Positions 10,389 to 19,622 of a stretch of 47,207 nt of DNA are shown in pieces. The notes under the pieces were generated by a model that searched no databases, was not told the DNA's origin, and saw only the letters and a program-made list of their open reading frames with translations. Source of the DNA: an uncultured Gammaproteobacteria bacterium (lineage in GTDB: Bacteria; Patescibacteriota; Patescibacteriia; Magasanikbacterales; GWA2-37-8). Both the position numbers and the translations under genes were made by a program. The stretch's first letter is position 1; every line of letters begins with the position of its first letter. The stretch spans positions 1 to 47,207 of the forward strand of contig CAYOFO010000003.1 in NCBI GenBank assembly GCA_964403325.1, written 5' to 3'.

Positions 10389-10417
10389 TTGACAAAAAAT
10401 CCAAAAAATGGTATTTT
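10389..10417 (+). promoter_or_regulatory. duplicated sigma70-type promoter of J-domain paralog 2
   Basis: TTGACA (10389-10394), 17 nt spacer, TATTTT (10412-10417). Sequence identical to the 8203 promoter. Confidence 0.65.
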
Positions 10418-10439
10418 TACTCGTTATTTAAATGATTTT

Positions 10440-12422
10440 ATGAGAGAAAAAAGAGAAAAACACCCACCACAAGAATCAAAAAAACGAGATTATTACGAAG
10501 TTTTAGGTGTGCCGCCATCGGCTGATGAGGCAGAAATTAAAAAAGCCTATCGCAGCATGGCTAGGAGTATTCATCCTGATCAGAATCCTGGCGATTCAGA
10601 TGCTACGGCAAATTTTCAAGAATTAAGTGCAGCTTACGAAGTTCTTTCTGATCCACAAAGAAGAGCTGCTTATGACAAATATCGTCATGGTGGTGATTTT
10701 AGGGTTAATGTTGCTGATACTGAAGAAAAAACGCGTGGACTGGCAAGACGTTTAGAGGAAGTATTATCACATTGTAAATCACGCGGATTTTATCAACCGA
10801 CTTTGGATATCATGGGTTGGTATAGGGATGCTATCAAAGCTGGTATAGCTCGAGAAAAAATACTAGAGTTGTCAAATACTGAAAAAATACAAGAGATTAA
10901 ACTAGAATTTTTATTAAATATTTTTAGGAATCATATTCTTACTCCTGATTGTTATGATTTAGATGGTTTTAATAATACAATTAAAGAATGGCAGGAAGTA
11001 GGTGTAGATTTTGAAACTGTGCTTAAAAGTGGTCATCCAAAAATTCTAGAAAAAATTAAAGAGCATGCCCTAAGTTTATTACGTGTGCTTGAGGATGAAA
11101 CGCCGGTTCCTGAGTATTATTTGCAGGTGGTTCATAATTGGAAAAGAAATCATGGGATAGATGTAAGTGATATAATTCTTTCTCCGGAAATACGTGATCA
11201 GATTGAATATTTTTTGTTGGAGCTAAAATTACGACCGTGGCGTTGGTGCGGGACCGAGTATGATGATTACGTAAGGGCATGGTTGGCAGCAGGTTGGCAG
11301 CCAACGGAGGATATGTCGGTCAAAGAATTGCAATTATTAAATCAGGAAGAGCGAAAAGAAGAACGAGAACAAGATAGACAGTTTTACGAAAATATAGAAC
11401 GTTTTCGCTCTATCGAAGTTAAAGCTAATGCCGGCAAGGATCTTTCCAGGGAGGATGTGGTTTTTTTACACGACATTCCTGTTTTTTGCCGTCGGGTTCC
11501 TGTGGGGTGGCGGGAACCTATACTCCATCGGTATGCTTCGGACCCTTTGAAATGGAATGTGTGGAGAGGGGATACTCATTGGCCGAGCGATAGTATTTTC
11601 CAGCAAATCAAAGAATTTTATGCCAAGCGCGGTGTAGAGGAAATGCGTCGAGACGCCGCCATTTTTTATGGGTGTTCCGTAAAGGAAGTGGCTATCGATA
11701 GAAAGACAGTAAATAAAAAAACTAAAGTGTATGTAGGTGATTTGTTTGACGGTTTTTTTGACAAACTCGCTCATGTCCAACATATTTATACGTCTTTTCC
11801 TTACTCTAAGGTAGTACGTGATACAGTCGTGCTTAACACACCTATTTCTCAAATTGAGGCTGAACTCGGACGTTTGGGTGTAGGCGTATCTCCCCGTGCA
11901 TCAGAATTGTTAGAATCACTCAAAAAAGAAGGCAATGCTATGCAATTGGGCGAGCAAGAATTTACCTTAATTTCTGTACGGGAAAGTGATTTTTTGCGCG
12001 CTCAGGCTAAATATTTTGGACGAGAACCGCATCCGCCTGTGGTTGGTTTGCTAAATTTTGTCCAGCTGTATATACCATCTGCACAGCAAAGTGATTTTTT
12101 GCTCGCTCGGACTAAACGTTTTGGACTAGAGCCGTGTCCGCCTTTGGTTGGTTTGCAATATTTTGTCGCGCTGTTTAAAACACCCGGCCACTGGCTCTTG
12201 AAAAATGATCTTAGTTTATTTGTGGAACCATCAATGAGGGTGAACGGGTATAAATTTTCCATTCAAAATAGAAAAGATAGTTTTGGGCGTGTGGGTTTTA
12301 AGGAGTTTTGGCTTCACAATGAATTCTATCCAGTAAATGGTAGGTATGGAGACGCTCAGCGGGTATTTTTAAAGTCAAAAAAACCAGAAAAAAATTGGAT
12401 GCTTAAGTTATTAGGACTTTAG
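10440..12422 (+). CDS. J-domain protein with large uncharacterised C-terminal module (paralog 2)
   Basis: [53 protein letters not shown]-terminal module collinear with paralogs 1 and 3. ATG at 10440 chosen. Confidence 0.85.
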   Translation: MREKREKHPPQESKKRDYYEVLGVPPSADEAEIKKAYRSMARSIHPDQNPGDSDATANFQELSAAYEVLSDPQRRAAYDKYRHGGDFRVNVADTEEKTRGLARRLEEVLSHCKSRGFYQPTLDIMGWYRDAIKAGIAREKILELSNTEKIQEIKLEFLLNIFRNHILTPDCYDLDGFNNTIKEWQEVGVDFETVLKSGHPKILEKIKEHALSLLRVLEDETPVPEYYLQVVHNWKRNHGIDVSDIILSPEIRDQIEYFLLELKLRPWRWCGTEYDDYVRAWLAAGWQPTEDMSVKELQLLNQEERKEEREQDRQFYENIERFRSIEVKANAGKDLSREDVVFLHDIPVFCRRVPVGWREPILHRYASDPLKWNVWRGDTHWPSDSIFQQIKEFYAKRGVEEMRRDAAIFYGCSVKEVAIDRKTVNKKTKVYVGDLFDGFFDKLAHVQHIYTSFPYSKVVRDTVVLNTPISQIEAELGRLGVGVSPRASELLESLKKEGNAMQLGEQEFTLISVRESDFLRAQAKYFGREPHPPVVGLLNFVQLYIPSAQQSDFLLARTKRFGLEPCPPLVGLQYFVALFKTPGHWLLKNDLSLFVEPSMRVNGYKFSIQNRKDSFGRVGFKEFWLHNEFYPVNGRYGDAQRVFLKSKKPEKNWMLKLLGL

Positions 12423-12427
12423 TTTTT

Positions 12428-14884
12428 ATGCCTTCTCCCGAATCACGTTTTCATCAGCCTCCGGAAGCAGAAGCCGGGGAACTCTCGAGCAGAGAACGGC
12501 AGATATTAGTTTATTACCAAGAACTTATAGTATTTCGTGAGGTAATAACAGCGCTTGTCCAAGGACAGATGAGGCCAGCTTATAGAGCCGCTTTACACCA
12601 TGACGAAAGTCTAACAGAACGACAAAGAAATGCTCAGGCACAGGTTTTTGTGCAGGAAATTAATGAAAAAATACGATCCATACAGCAAATAATAATTCGA
12701 TTAAAGGAACACCAAGACTTTATTAGTGTAACAAATAAAATATTGGGAGGATCGGTATCTGGGTATATTGAAGATTGGGTAGTTTTGGCGCAAAATATGC
12801 TGGAGCCTTGGTATATAGCTTTTAGAAATTTTCGCCAACGCTTGCGTAGTGAGGTGGTAGAGAGTGAGCAGCCTATGATGACTGATGAAATGCTCGATAT
12901 CGAGGCAGCCGCGTATATAACGGGTATGGACGTGCCTTGTACTTTATTTGCTCCTGAAATGTCATCTGAAGCAAAAGAGGTTATTCTTAAAGATTATAAT
13001 AAACGAAGGTTGCTGTGGAATACAACGATTAATAAGCTTGCGCTTTTACTTGGTTCTGAGGAAAAAACAGTTGTTGCTTATTTGCGTGATCGCGGCGGTA
13101 TTCGTCGAGCGCGTAATATTTTGGTGAGGTATCAAAATGTTTATGAGATGACGGGTGAAAACAGTATTCCGTTGCCTGACCGGGCAGCTTTTAGAGAAAT
13201 TGGTTTTATCCCGCATTTACCAGTTATTTCTCCGGAAACAGCTCCAAATTATTTGCAGGCGGTCGCCGATATTGTACAAAAAGCTGTGGTTTTAAGTAAG
13301 GAAGTTGGTGATTTTCTTGTTGCTGCAGAAACGCCCGAACAGGCAACAGAGCGTTTGGGGCCAACATTTTTGTTTTCTTTGCAATCAGGACATGCAATAT
13401 ATGCCAATTGGCATGCAGATGCCATCAAAGCTGGTGTCAGTCAAGAAAAAATAAATGTGTTATTAAAGACAGAAAAAGCGCAAGAAGTTCAGTTGCAATG
13501 GTTGTTAAAAATTATTAATGGTGAGTCTGGTCTATATCTTCCATTCGACCAGTGTATCAAGCGTTGGCAGGAAGTGGAAGTAGATTTGGAAGTTATCCTT
13601 AAAAGTGGTCATCCGAAAATTCGAGAAAAGGTGAGAGTGCAAGTTTTAAAGTATTTATTGGACCAGCCGTTCGAACATTTAGTTTATGGACCATCTTCTT
13701 TTGTGCAAAAAGTTGAGTTTTGGAAAGGGTATGGAATAGATGTAAGTGATACAATTCTTTCTCCGGAAATACGTAATCGAATTGAGTGGTTTTTGGTGCG
13801 GCTTAAAATGAGATCGTGGCGTCGGAACGAGTATGCTGATTGCTTTGACGTTTGGGTGAAAGCGGGTTGGCAACCGACGGAACATATGTTGGTCAAAGAA
13901 TCCCTATTATTAGACGAGGAAGAACGAGAACAAGATAAGCAGCTTCATCAAAATATGCAATATTTTCGTTCTATTCAAACTAAAACTAAGGCCGGTAGGG
14001 ATCTTTCCAGGGAGGATGTGGTTTTTTTACACGGTATTCCTGTTTTTGGCGGTCGGGCTGACTTGGTGTGGCGACATGCTGATGGTTCAGGTAGTCCGGA
14101 CTATATTTTACAACAAATCAAAGAATTTTGTGCTAAGCGTAGCATAAAAGAAATGCAACGAGACGCGGCTGTTTTTTATGAGTGTTCCGTAAAGGAAGTA
14201 GCTATCGATAGAAAGACGATAAATAAAAAAACTAAAGTATATGTAGGTGAGCTATTTGATGGTTTTTTTGACAAACTCTCTCATGTCCAACATATGTATA
14301 CGTCTTTTCCTTATGCCAAAGTAGTGCGTGATACAGTCGTACTTAACACACCTGTTACTCAAATTGAAGCAGAGTTCGCGCGCCTGGGTGTACGCCTGTC
14401 TCCTTATGCGGCAAAATCGTTAGAATTGCTCAAAAAAGATGATGCTTCTGTGCAATTGGTGGGTCAGGAATTTACAGTAGTGTCTGTGCGGGCGAGTGAT
14501 TTCTTACCGGCTGATCAAAAAAACATGCCAGCGGTTCCAAACAATCAATTGCCTGCTTGGGCTAAACGTTTTGGGCTAGAGCCGTGTCCGCCTTTGGTTG
14601 GTTTGCAATATTTTGTAGGCCTATTCAAAGTACCTGGGCATCCACTGATGAAAAATTATCTGAATTTATTTGCGGATCCATCGATGAAAAATAGTTTTCA
14701 TATTGTAAATGAAAAAACAAGTTTTCACTCTGAAGAAGGGAGTGTTTATTTTGATGGAGTTTATCTTAATGAGCATAAGGTACCAAAAGATGGTGCGTGG
14801 ACACGCGATGCTCAGTTGGTATTTTTAATGCCAGCAAATTCGGAAAAAAAGCAGAAAAAATGGCAATTTTGGCGATCGGCTTAA
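12428..14884 (+). CDS. paralog 3: same C-terminal module, J domain replaced by an unrelated ~330 aa N-terminal region
   Basis: 818 aa. Shares [90 protein letters not shown] with paralogs 1 and 2. Starts 5 nt after the paralog 2 stop. Confidence 0.85.
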   Translation: MPSPESRFHQPPEAEAGELSSRERQILVYYQELIVFREVITALVQGQMRPAYRAALHHDESLTERQRNAQAQVFVQEINEKIRSIQQIIIRLKEHQDFISVTNKILGGSVSGYIEDWVVLAQNMLEPWYIAFRNFRQRLRSEVVESEQPMMTDEMLDIEAAAYITGMDVPCTLFAPEMSSEAKEVILKDYNKRRLLWNTTINKLALLLGSEEKTVVAYLRDRGGIRRARNILVRYQNVYEMTGENSIPLPDRAAFREIGFIPHLPVISPETAPNYLQAVADIVQKAVVLSKEVGDFLVAAETPEQATERLGPTFLFSLQSGHAIYANWHADAIKAGVSQEKINVLLKTEKAQEVQLQWLLKIINGESGLYLPFDQCIKRWQEVEVDLEVILKSGHPKIREKVRVQVLKYLLDQPFEHLVYGPSSFVQKVEFWKGYGIDVSDTILSPEIRNRIEWFLVRLKMRSWRRNEYADCFDVWVKAGWQPTEHMLVKESLLLDEEEREQDKQLHQNMQYFRSIQTKTKAGRDLSREDVVFLHGIPVFGGRADLVWRHADGSGSPDYILQQIKEFCAKRSIKEMQRDAAVFYECSVKEVAIDRKTINKKTKVYVGELFDGFFDKLSHVQHMYTSFPYAKVVRDTVVLNTPVTQIEAEFARLGVRLSPYAAKSLELLKKDDASVQLVGQEFTVVSVRASDFLPADQKNMPAVPNNQLPAWAKRFGLEPCPPLVGLQYFVGLFKVPGHPLMKNYLNLFADPSMKNSFHIVNEKTSFHSEEGSVYFDGVYLNEHKVPKDGAWTRDAQLVFLMPANSEKKQKKWQFWRSA

Positions 14885-14909
14885 TCAGCGTTCATTAACT
14901 GATATACAT

Positions 14910-14939
14910 AAAAAATCTCCCTGCAATGGGAGATTTTTT
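14910..14939. terminator. bidirectional intrinsic terminator shared by paralog 3 (+) and rnpB (-)
   Basis: aaaaaATCTCCC-tgcaa-tGGGAGATtttttt, with an A-run on one side and a T-run on the other. Confidence 0.8.
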
Positions 14940-15307
14940 GGGTGCTCACTGCTGTAAGCCGAATTCTGTGTCCGCAGGGCGGATGACCATCATTTATCTG
15001 TGGCGCATTATTACTAATGTGCTCTAGCGAGCGAACTTTTCGAAGCTAAAATTTGTTTAGCAACGCTGCTCTTGCATCATGGAGGGTTTAGCACGAGTCG
15101 GCTTTGCAGCCGACCGAGTCAGGTAGACCCTGACACTTTTCACCTTTCTTTGCCTTGCGGCAAATAGTATTGTCTCTGTGCCACTGTCCCGTTTGCAGCT
15201 TCGCAGCTGCAAAGGTGGGTGTTACCCATTCCACTTGTCCTGCCGAGGCAGGGATGTTCGGACTTTCCTCTGGCTATAAATAGCCAGCGATGGTCTGCGA
15301 TGAACCC
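14940..15307 (-). ncRNA. rnpB: RNase P RNA, bacterial type A
   Basis: Minus-strand reading contains GAGGAAAGUCCGAAC (15270-15256, CR-I) and ACAGAAUUCGGCUUA (14969-14955, CR-V). It also contains CAGUGGCACAGAGACAAUAC and AAAGGUGAAAAGUG, resembling E. coli M1 CAGUGCAACAGAGAGCAAAC and AAGGGUGAAAGGGUG. P3 hairpin CUGGCUAUUUAUAGCCAG and P2 pairing GACCAUC/GAUGGUC are present. Region is locally GC-rich with no credible ORF. Ends are approximate. Confidence 0.92.
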
Positions 15308-15310
15308 AGT

Positions 15311-15340
15311 ATTTATGCCTGAAAACAGCGGATTTGTCAA
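15311..15340 (-). promoter_or_regulatory. promoter of rnpB
   Basis: Minus strand TTGACA (15340-15335), 18 nt spacer, ATAAAT (15316-15311). Confidence 0.6.
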
Positions 15341-15491
15341 TAAAAAGTAATTGGGTGGTGGCGCTGGTTGTCTTGCTCGGCTTGCTTCCCCCTTGACACC
15401 TCCAGACTATAAGCATAGTGTACATTATGGAGTCCTGTAAGTTTGTGGCCACAAAGTTATTGAGCTCTGTTTATTCTTAAACAGACATCAT

Positions 15492-15638
15492 ATGAACAAT
15501 AGTACCACACCTGGTAATTCATTTACCAAAGTTAACGGCAGTACAGCCACTGACCCTGTTAAACCGGCAGCTGACACTAAAGTAGAAGTAAAAGACCCGA
15601 AGAACGCGGGTGATACGGGTAAGACCGCCTCAGTTTAA
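15492..15638 (+). CDS. 48-aa hydrophilic ORF or small RNA with its own promoter and terminator
   Basis: Below the ORF-track size cutoff. MNNSTTPGNSFTKVNGSTATDPVKPAADTKVEVKDPKNAGDTGKTASV. Upstream TTGACA (15393-15398), 17 nt spacer, TAGTGT. Terminator directly downstream. No SD; low-complexity product. Confidence 0.35.
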   Translation: MNNSTTPGNSFTKVNGSTATDPVKPAADTKVEVKDPKNAGDTGKTASV

Positions 15639-15651
15639 TACAATATTTTAT

Positions 15652-15675
15652 AAAACCACCGGACGCGGTGGTTTT
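15652..15675 (+). terminator. intrinsic terminator
   Basis: aaaaCCACCG-gacg-CGGTGGtttt. Confidence 0.75.
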
Positions 15676-15694
15676 ATATTTAACTACTTTTTAT

Positions 15695-16048
15695 ATGGTT
15701 TACAATCGACCGTCTCCAGCTTTGTTGCATCGCTATCTAGAAAAAATGAAGGAATTTTTACTTGAGTATCATGCCACAGTGAGTCTCAAGCTCATTAATC
15801 CCTATAATCCGGCCATTCCACAGGCTGATTTTATCAAATCATTTGCGGCCGATGCGCTTACCGATACGGTGGTGCAGCTGTCGGTGGAAAAATATATGGT
15901 CAATGTTTTGCGGCGCGGTTCTTTTAAAACATTGATTCCGTTTGGTGTAGAGAGTTTGAAAGAAAATATGACTGATCTTGATATACTGCACCATGCCAAA
16001 AAAATTGAAAAAGAAATTGTCGCCAGGTTTGAAGTCGTAAGTGTATAA
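15695..16048 (+). CDS. hypothetical protein (117 aa)
   Basis: ORF-track entry 15668-16048. The GTG at 15668 lies inside the terminator hairpin, so the ATG at 15695 is preferred. Confidence 0.55.
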   Translation: MVYNRPSPALLHRYLEKMKEFLLEYHATVSLKLINPYNPAIPQADFIKSFAADALTDTVVQLSVEKYMVNVLRRGSFKTLIPFGVESLKENMTDLDILHHAKKIEKEIVARFEVVSV

Positions 16049-16060
16049 AAATTTTAGATT

Positions 16061-16561
16061 TTATTTTTTGGCAGCCTTCCTAGAAGAGGGTGTGGAAGAA
16101 GTGTATTGTTTTAATGAGGGTAAAATATACTGCCTACTTAGGTAAGTGACCGAGATGGCTATGGCAATGCTCCCTGTGATATCGATGGCGTGGTGTACTC
16201 CGGCATAGACACGGCAAAAACCCATAAAGATGGTGAGGAAGCCGAGGAGAATGCCAAGATATTTTTTGTAGGTATAAACACCGGCAGCCAGTACGGCGCC
16301 GAGCAAAGTATGGTCAGAAGGAAAGCCATTGTCGGCTTGGTGGGCAATGAGTGGTATAAAATGTCCTTCCACAAAAGGACGGGGGTCATAATACAAAAGA
16401 CTGCTGATCTTAGCTATTGTATAAGCACCCAGGGAAATGACTAAGATATAGAGCAATATTTCTTTTTTCATCGCAGTATTTTGTTGCAGCCAAAATAAAC
16501 CAAAGAGGGCTATGATAATAAAAATAAGGTATTTTGCCCCAAATAGAATAATAAAAGACAT
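16061..16561 (-). CDS. PAP2-family phosphatase (undecaprenyl-diphosphatase-like)
   Basis: Three PAP2 motifs: YDPRPF, FPSDHT, CRVYAGVHHAIDI. Multiple TM segments. Confidence 0.88.
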   Translation of the reverse strand: MSFIILFGAKYLIFIIIALFGLFWLQQNTAMKKEILLYILVISLGAYTIAKISSLLYYDPRPFVEGHFIPLIAHQADNGFPSDHTLLGAVLAAGVYTYKKYLGILLGFLTIFMGFCRVYAGVHHAIDITGSIAIAISVTYLSRQYILPSLKQYTSSTPSSRKAAKK

Positions 16562-16700
16562 AAGTAAATAGTAATTTTAAAAGTATACCATACCTACAGG
16601 GTGGGGAGGTAATTTTAATTTTTTGCTCTTTGATGGTATATTGGGCGGTATCTTTGAGTCAGAGGTTATTTTGATACAAACTCAATTTATTTATTGGTGT

Positions 16701-17297
16701 ATGCCGGATTTTCTAGTGCATATCGGTGATTGGGCGGGGGTAGTGAAATATGGTCTGGTGTTTGTAGCTGCTTTTTTTGAAGGACCGGTCGTCATGATGA
16801 CTGCTGGTTTTTTGTTTCATTTGCGACAGCTCAAATTTTTGCCCATGTACGCGGCCCTGGTGGGCGGAGATTTTGCGGCTGATATCATGTGGTATGGAGT
16901 GGGTTATTTGGGGGCACGCAATATTATAGTTAAGTATGGAAAATTTTTTAAAATGACGCCGCAGACCATTGATTTTTTAGAGAAAAAATTTAAAAAACAT
17001 GAAAGCAAGGTTTTGTTTATCTCTAAACTAACCATGGGTTTGGGTTTGGCGGTGCCGATTTTGATAGTGGCTGGGATGTTGCGTGTTTCTTTTAAGAAGT
17101 ATATTATTTTTAATTTGTTGGGCGGGTTATTATGGACGTTATTTTTGGTAATAGTAGGCTCTATTTTCGGTAATGTATACAATCTTATTCCAGAATCATT
17201 TAAAACAGTAGCCGTGGTTGGGATTATCATTCTTTTTTTTACGCTGGCCGCAACGCTTAAACGCTATTTGATGAAATATGAAAATTTCAACCTCTAA
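16701..17297 (+). CDS. DedA/VTT-domain membrane protein
   Basis: GLVFVAAFFEGPVVMMTAGFL ... FISKLTMGLG ... NLLGGLLWT. ATG at 16701 preferred over TTG at 16623. Confidence 0.8.
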   Translation: MPDFLVHIGDWAGVVKYGLVFVAAFFEGPVVMMTAGFLFHLRQLKFLPMYAALVGGDFAADIMWYGVGYLGARNIIVKYGKFFKMTPQTIDFLEKKFKKHESKVLFISKLTMGLGLAVPILIVAGMLRVSFKKYIIFNLLGGLLWTLFLVIVGSIFGNVYNLIPESFKTVAVVGIIILFFTLAATLKRYLMKYENFNL

Positions 17298-18024
17298 ACC
17301 TACGCTCTCTTTTATTGTTCCTACCCTCAATGAACAGGCGGTTTTGGAGCGTACCCTTCGTTGCTTGCAAGGATTAACGCAGTACGAATATGAAATTATT
17401 GTTTCTGATGGGGGGAGTATCGATGCTACCCTGGCGATGGCTTATACCTATGCCCATAAAGTAATAGAAAATAAAACAAGGGCGCGACAAACGATTGCTG
17501 AAGGTAGAAACTTGGGGGCAGCGGCCGCCCAAGGGGAGTATTATGTTTTTTTGGATGCTGACGTTGTTATTGTGAACATAAATCGTTTTTTTGTTGAAGC
17601 GGTGAGTTATTTTGCCGCGCAAGATAATTTGGCTGGCTTGACGGTTTGTGTAAAGACTTTGCCGGAGACAAGAACGGTGGGAGATATCTTTTTTCATGCT
17701 TTGGTTAACAATATTTATTACCTGTATAATAATTTGTTTGGAAAAGGTGCTTCTTCGGGAGAGTTTCAGATGATTCGGGCGGAAGTGTTTAAGCAGGTGG
17801 GTGGCTATAACGAACAATATGTTGCGGGCGAAGATAATGATTTATTTGTTCGTCTGTCGCAACAACACAAGACTCGTTTAGAGAAAACTTTGTCGGTTTA
17901 TCACACTTCTCGGCGCGCGCATAAAATTGGCTGGATAAAACTCATTATGCTGTGGATTGGCAACATGGTTTCAATTAAGATGCGTAATCGTTCTTTTAGC
18001 AAAGAATGGACAGTCATTCGTTAA
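17278..18024 (+). CDS. glycosyltransferase family 2
   Basis: LSFIVPTLNEQAVLERTL, IIVSDGGSIDAT, FLDADV, GEDNDL. Confidence 0.88.
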   Translation: MKISTSKPTLSFIVPTLNEQAVLERTLRCLQGLTQYEYEIIVSDGGSIDATLAMAYTYAHKVIENKTRARQTIAEGRNLGAAAAQGEYYVFLDADVVIVNINRFFVEAVSYFAAQDNLAGLTVCVKTLPETRTVGDIFFHALVNNIYYLYNNLFGKGASSGEFQMIRAEVFKQVGGYNEQYVAGEDNDLFVRLSQQHKTRLEKTLSVYHTSRRAHKIGWIKLIMLWIGNMVSIKMRNRSFSKEWTVIR

Positions 18025-18129
18025 AATCGTTTTCGCCAGCCCATGTTTTTAAAAATATGCAGTGTTTGTAATAAATCGTGTTTAGGGACGTTATAAAGAG
18101 TATGTTTTAGCTTTGATCGTAATTTTACT

Positions 18130-19026
18130 ATGGATGATTTTCAACAAGATTTGTATAATCGTATTATCAATTCTGAAAAACCAATACCACCTTCACTCTC
18201 TCGACGTTACCCGTGTTTGCAAAAGCCAATAGTTTTTTTTCGGCGTGGGGTACGACGGGTGTATAACATGTTTACATTGGGACAGCGCTTGCGTGTGCAA
18301 CCTTTTTTTGCGCAGGTAGCCGCGCGCCATTCATCATTATTGCTGCGTAAATTGGGAGAGAGTGACATGTATTTACAGCACAACAAAGTGCGTAATTTGT
18401 CGGTAGCTATTGGTCGTTTAAATGGTTTGGTAATTCCTTGTGGAAAAACCTTTTCTTTGTGGCGGGAAATTGGTTTGCCGACGGTCCGACAAGGCTATTT
18501 GCCAGGCATGCTGTTGTCTCAAGGTCAGGTTTCTGAAGGGGTGGGTGGCGGTTTGTGTCAATTGTCGAATTTTTTAACCTGGATTTTTTTGCATACTGGT
18601 GCTCAACTGGTGGAGCGCCACCATCACTCGGTCGACGCTTTTCCAGATTCTGGCCGTACATTACCTTTTGGCAGTGGGGCTACAATTTTGTATAATTATC
18701 GCGATTTAAAAATAAAAAATATTACTTCTCAGCCGTTACAAATAAAATTATGGCTGACGGCCACCCATCTTAAAGGTCAGATTTTAACACCTGGTCTAGA
18801 ATCTAAAAAGTTTCGTGTGGTTGAAAAAAATCATTGTTTTCTCCAAAAGAATAATCATTTTTTTCGTTTTAATGAAATTTTTCAAGAAACTTACGAGCGT
18901 GGGCAAAAAATAAAAACCGAAAAAATATTTACGAATTTTGCCCCGGTGACCTACGCACTCAATGCGGAAACAATTAAGCAGTTGGGTTATCGGTTTATTG
19001 ATTTTGATACATTGTCTTTGCCATGA
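18130..19026 (+). CDS. VanW-family protein
   Basis: VanW core GVGGGLCQLSNFL ... HHHSV ... GSGATILYNYRDLKIKN. Confidence 0.85.
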   Translation: MDDFQQDLYNRIINSEKPIPPSLSRRYPCLQKPIVFFRRGVRRVYNMFTLGQRLRVQPFFAQVAARHSSLLLRKLGESDMYLQHNKVRNLSVAIGRLNGLVIPCGKTFSLWREIGLPTVRQGYLPGMLLSQGQVSEGVGGGLCQLSNFLTWIFLHTGAQLVERHHHSVDAFPDSGRTLPFGSGATILYNYRDLKIKNITSQPLQIKLWLTATHLKGQILTPGLESKKFRVVEKNHCFLQKNNHFFRFNEIFQETYERGQKIKTEKIFTNFAPVTYALNAETIKQLGYRFIDFDTLSLP

Positions 19027-19568
19027 TGCGGGTTGATTATTCTTGGGCTAAAAATAAACATTCGCGTCGAATCAGTATTACCTTGGGTCGCGATTTGCGG
19101 GTAATGGTGCGGGTACCGCGCCGAGTCAATCTTGAGAGTGCTCAAGCATTTGTGGCTAGTAAAATGGCCTGGATAGAGAAAAAAATTCGATTTTTACAGC
19201 GACAAAAGCAAGTCGGAGTGCTTTTGCCCAAAGGTCGAGCGAGTTATCTGCAGTTTCGTGAATCTGCCCGTTCCCTGATAGCCAAAGAAATACTGGAAGT
19301 AAATACTGTGTATGGTTTTTTGTATCATCGCATTGCTATCCGGGATCAAAACAGCCGGTGGGGGAGTTGTTCCAAAAAAGGAAATCTTAATTTTAATTAC
19401 CGGCTTATTTTTTTACCGCCAGAATTGCGTCAGTATGTACTGGTCCACGAACTTTGTCATTTGCAAGAAATGAACCATTCACCACGTTTTTGGCAGCTAG
19501 TGAGTCGGACTGTTCCCGATTACAAAGAGTGTCGACGGCGTTTAAAAGCAGATTTTATTTGGTCATAA
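19023..19568 (+). CDS. YgjP-like (DUF45/M48-type) metal-dependent hydrolase
   Basis: RWGSCSKKGNLNFNYRLIFLP, HELCHLQEMNHSPRFW (HExxH). ATGA overlap with the upstream gene. Confidence 0.88.
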   Translation: MMRVDYSWAKNKHSRRISITLGRDLRVMVRVPRRVNLESAQAFVASKMAWIEKKIRFLQRQKQVGVLLPKGRASYLQFRESARSLIAKEILEVNTVYGFLYHRIAIRDQNSRWGSCSKKGNLNFNYRLIFLPPELRQYVLVHELCHLQEMNHSPRFWQLVSRTVPDYKECRRRLKADFIWS

Positions 19569-19574
19569 AAACTC

Positions 19575-19603
19575 TTGCTAAAACCAGGCTTTGCTGGTAT
19601 ATA
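19575..19603 (+). promoter_or_regulatory. sigma70-type promoter
   Basis: TTGCTA (19575-19580), 17 nt spacer, TATATA (19598-19603). Confidence 0.55.
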
Positions 19604-19622
19604 TACTTATATTCGTTTTTGC

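Larger units (their letters stand above)
10373..12509 (+). repeat. direct repeat copy 2
   Basis: See copy 1; same boundaries and identical blocks. Confidence 0.85.

Noticed and set aside
15140-15452. Track ORFs 15140-15340 (66 aa) and 15222-15452 (76 aa) on the minus strand
   Set aside because: They lie within or over the RNase P RNA gene and its promoter. The GC-rich structured RNA keeps the frames open by chance.
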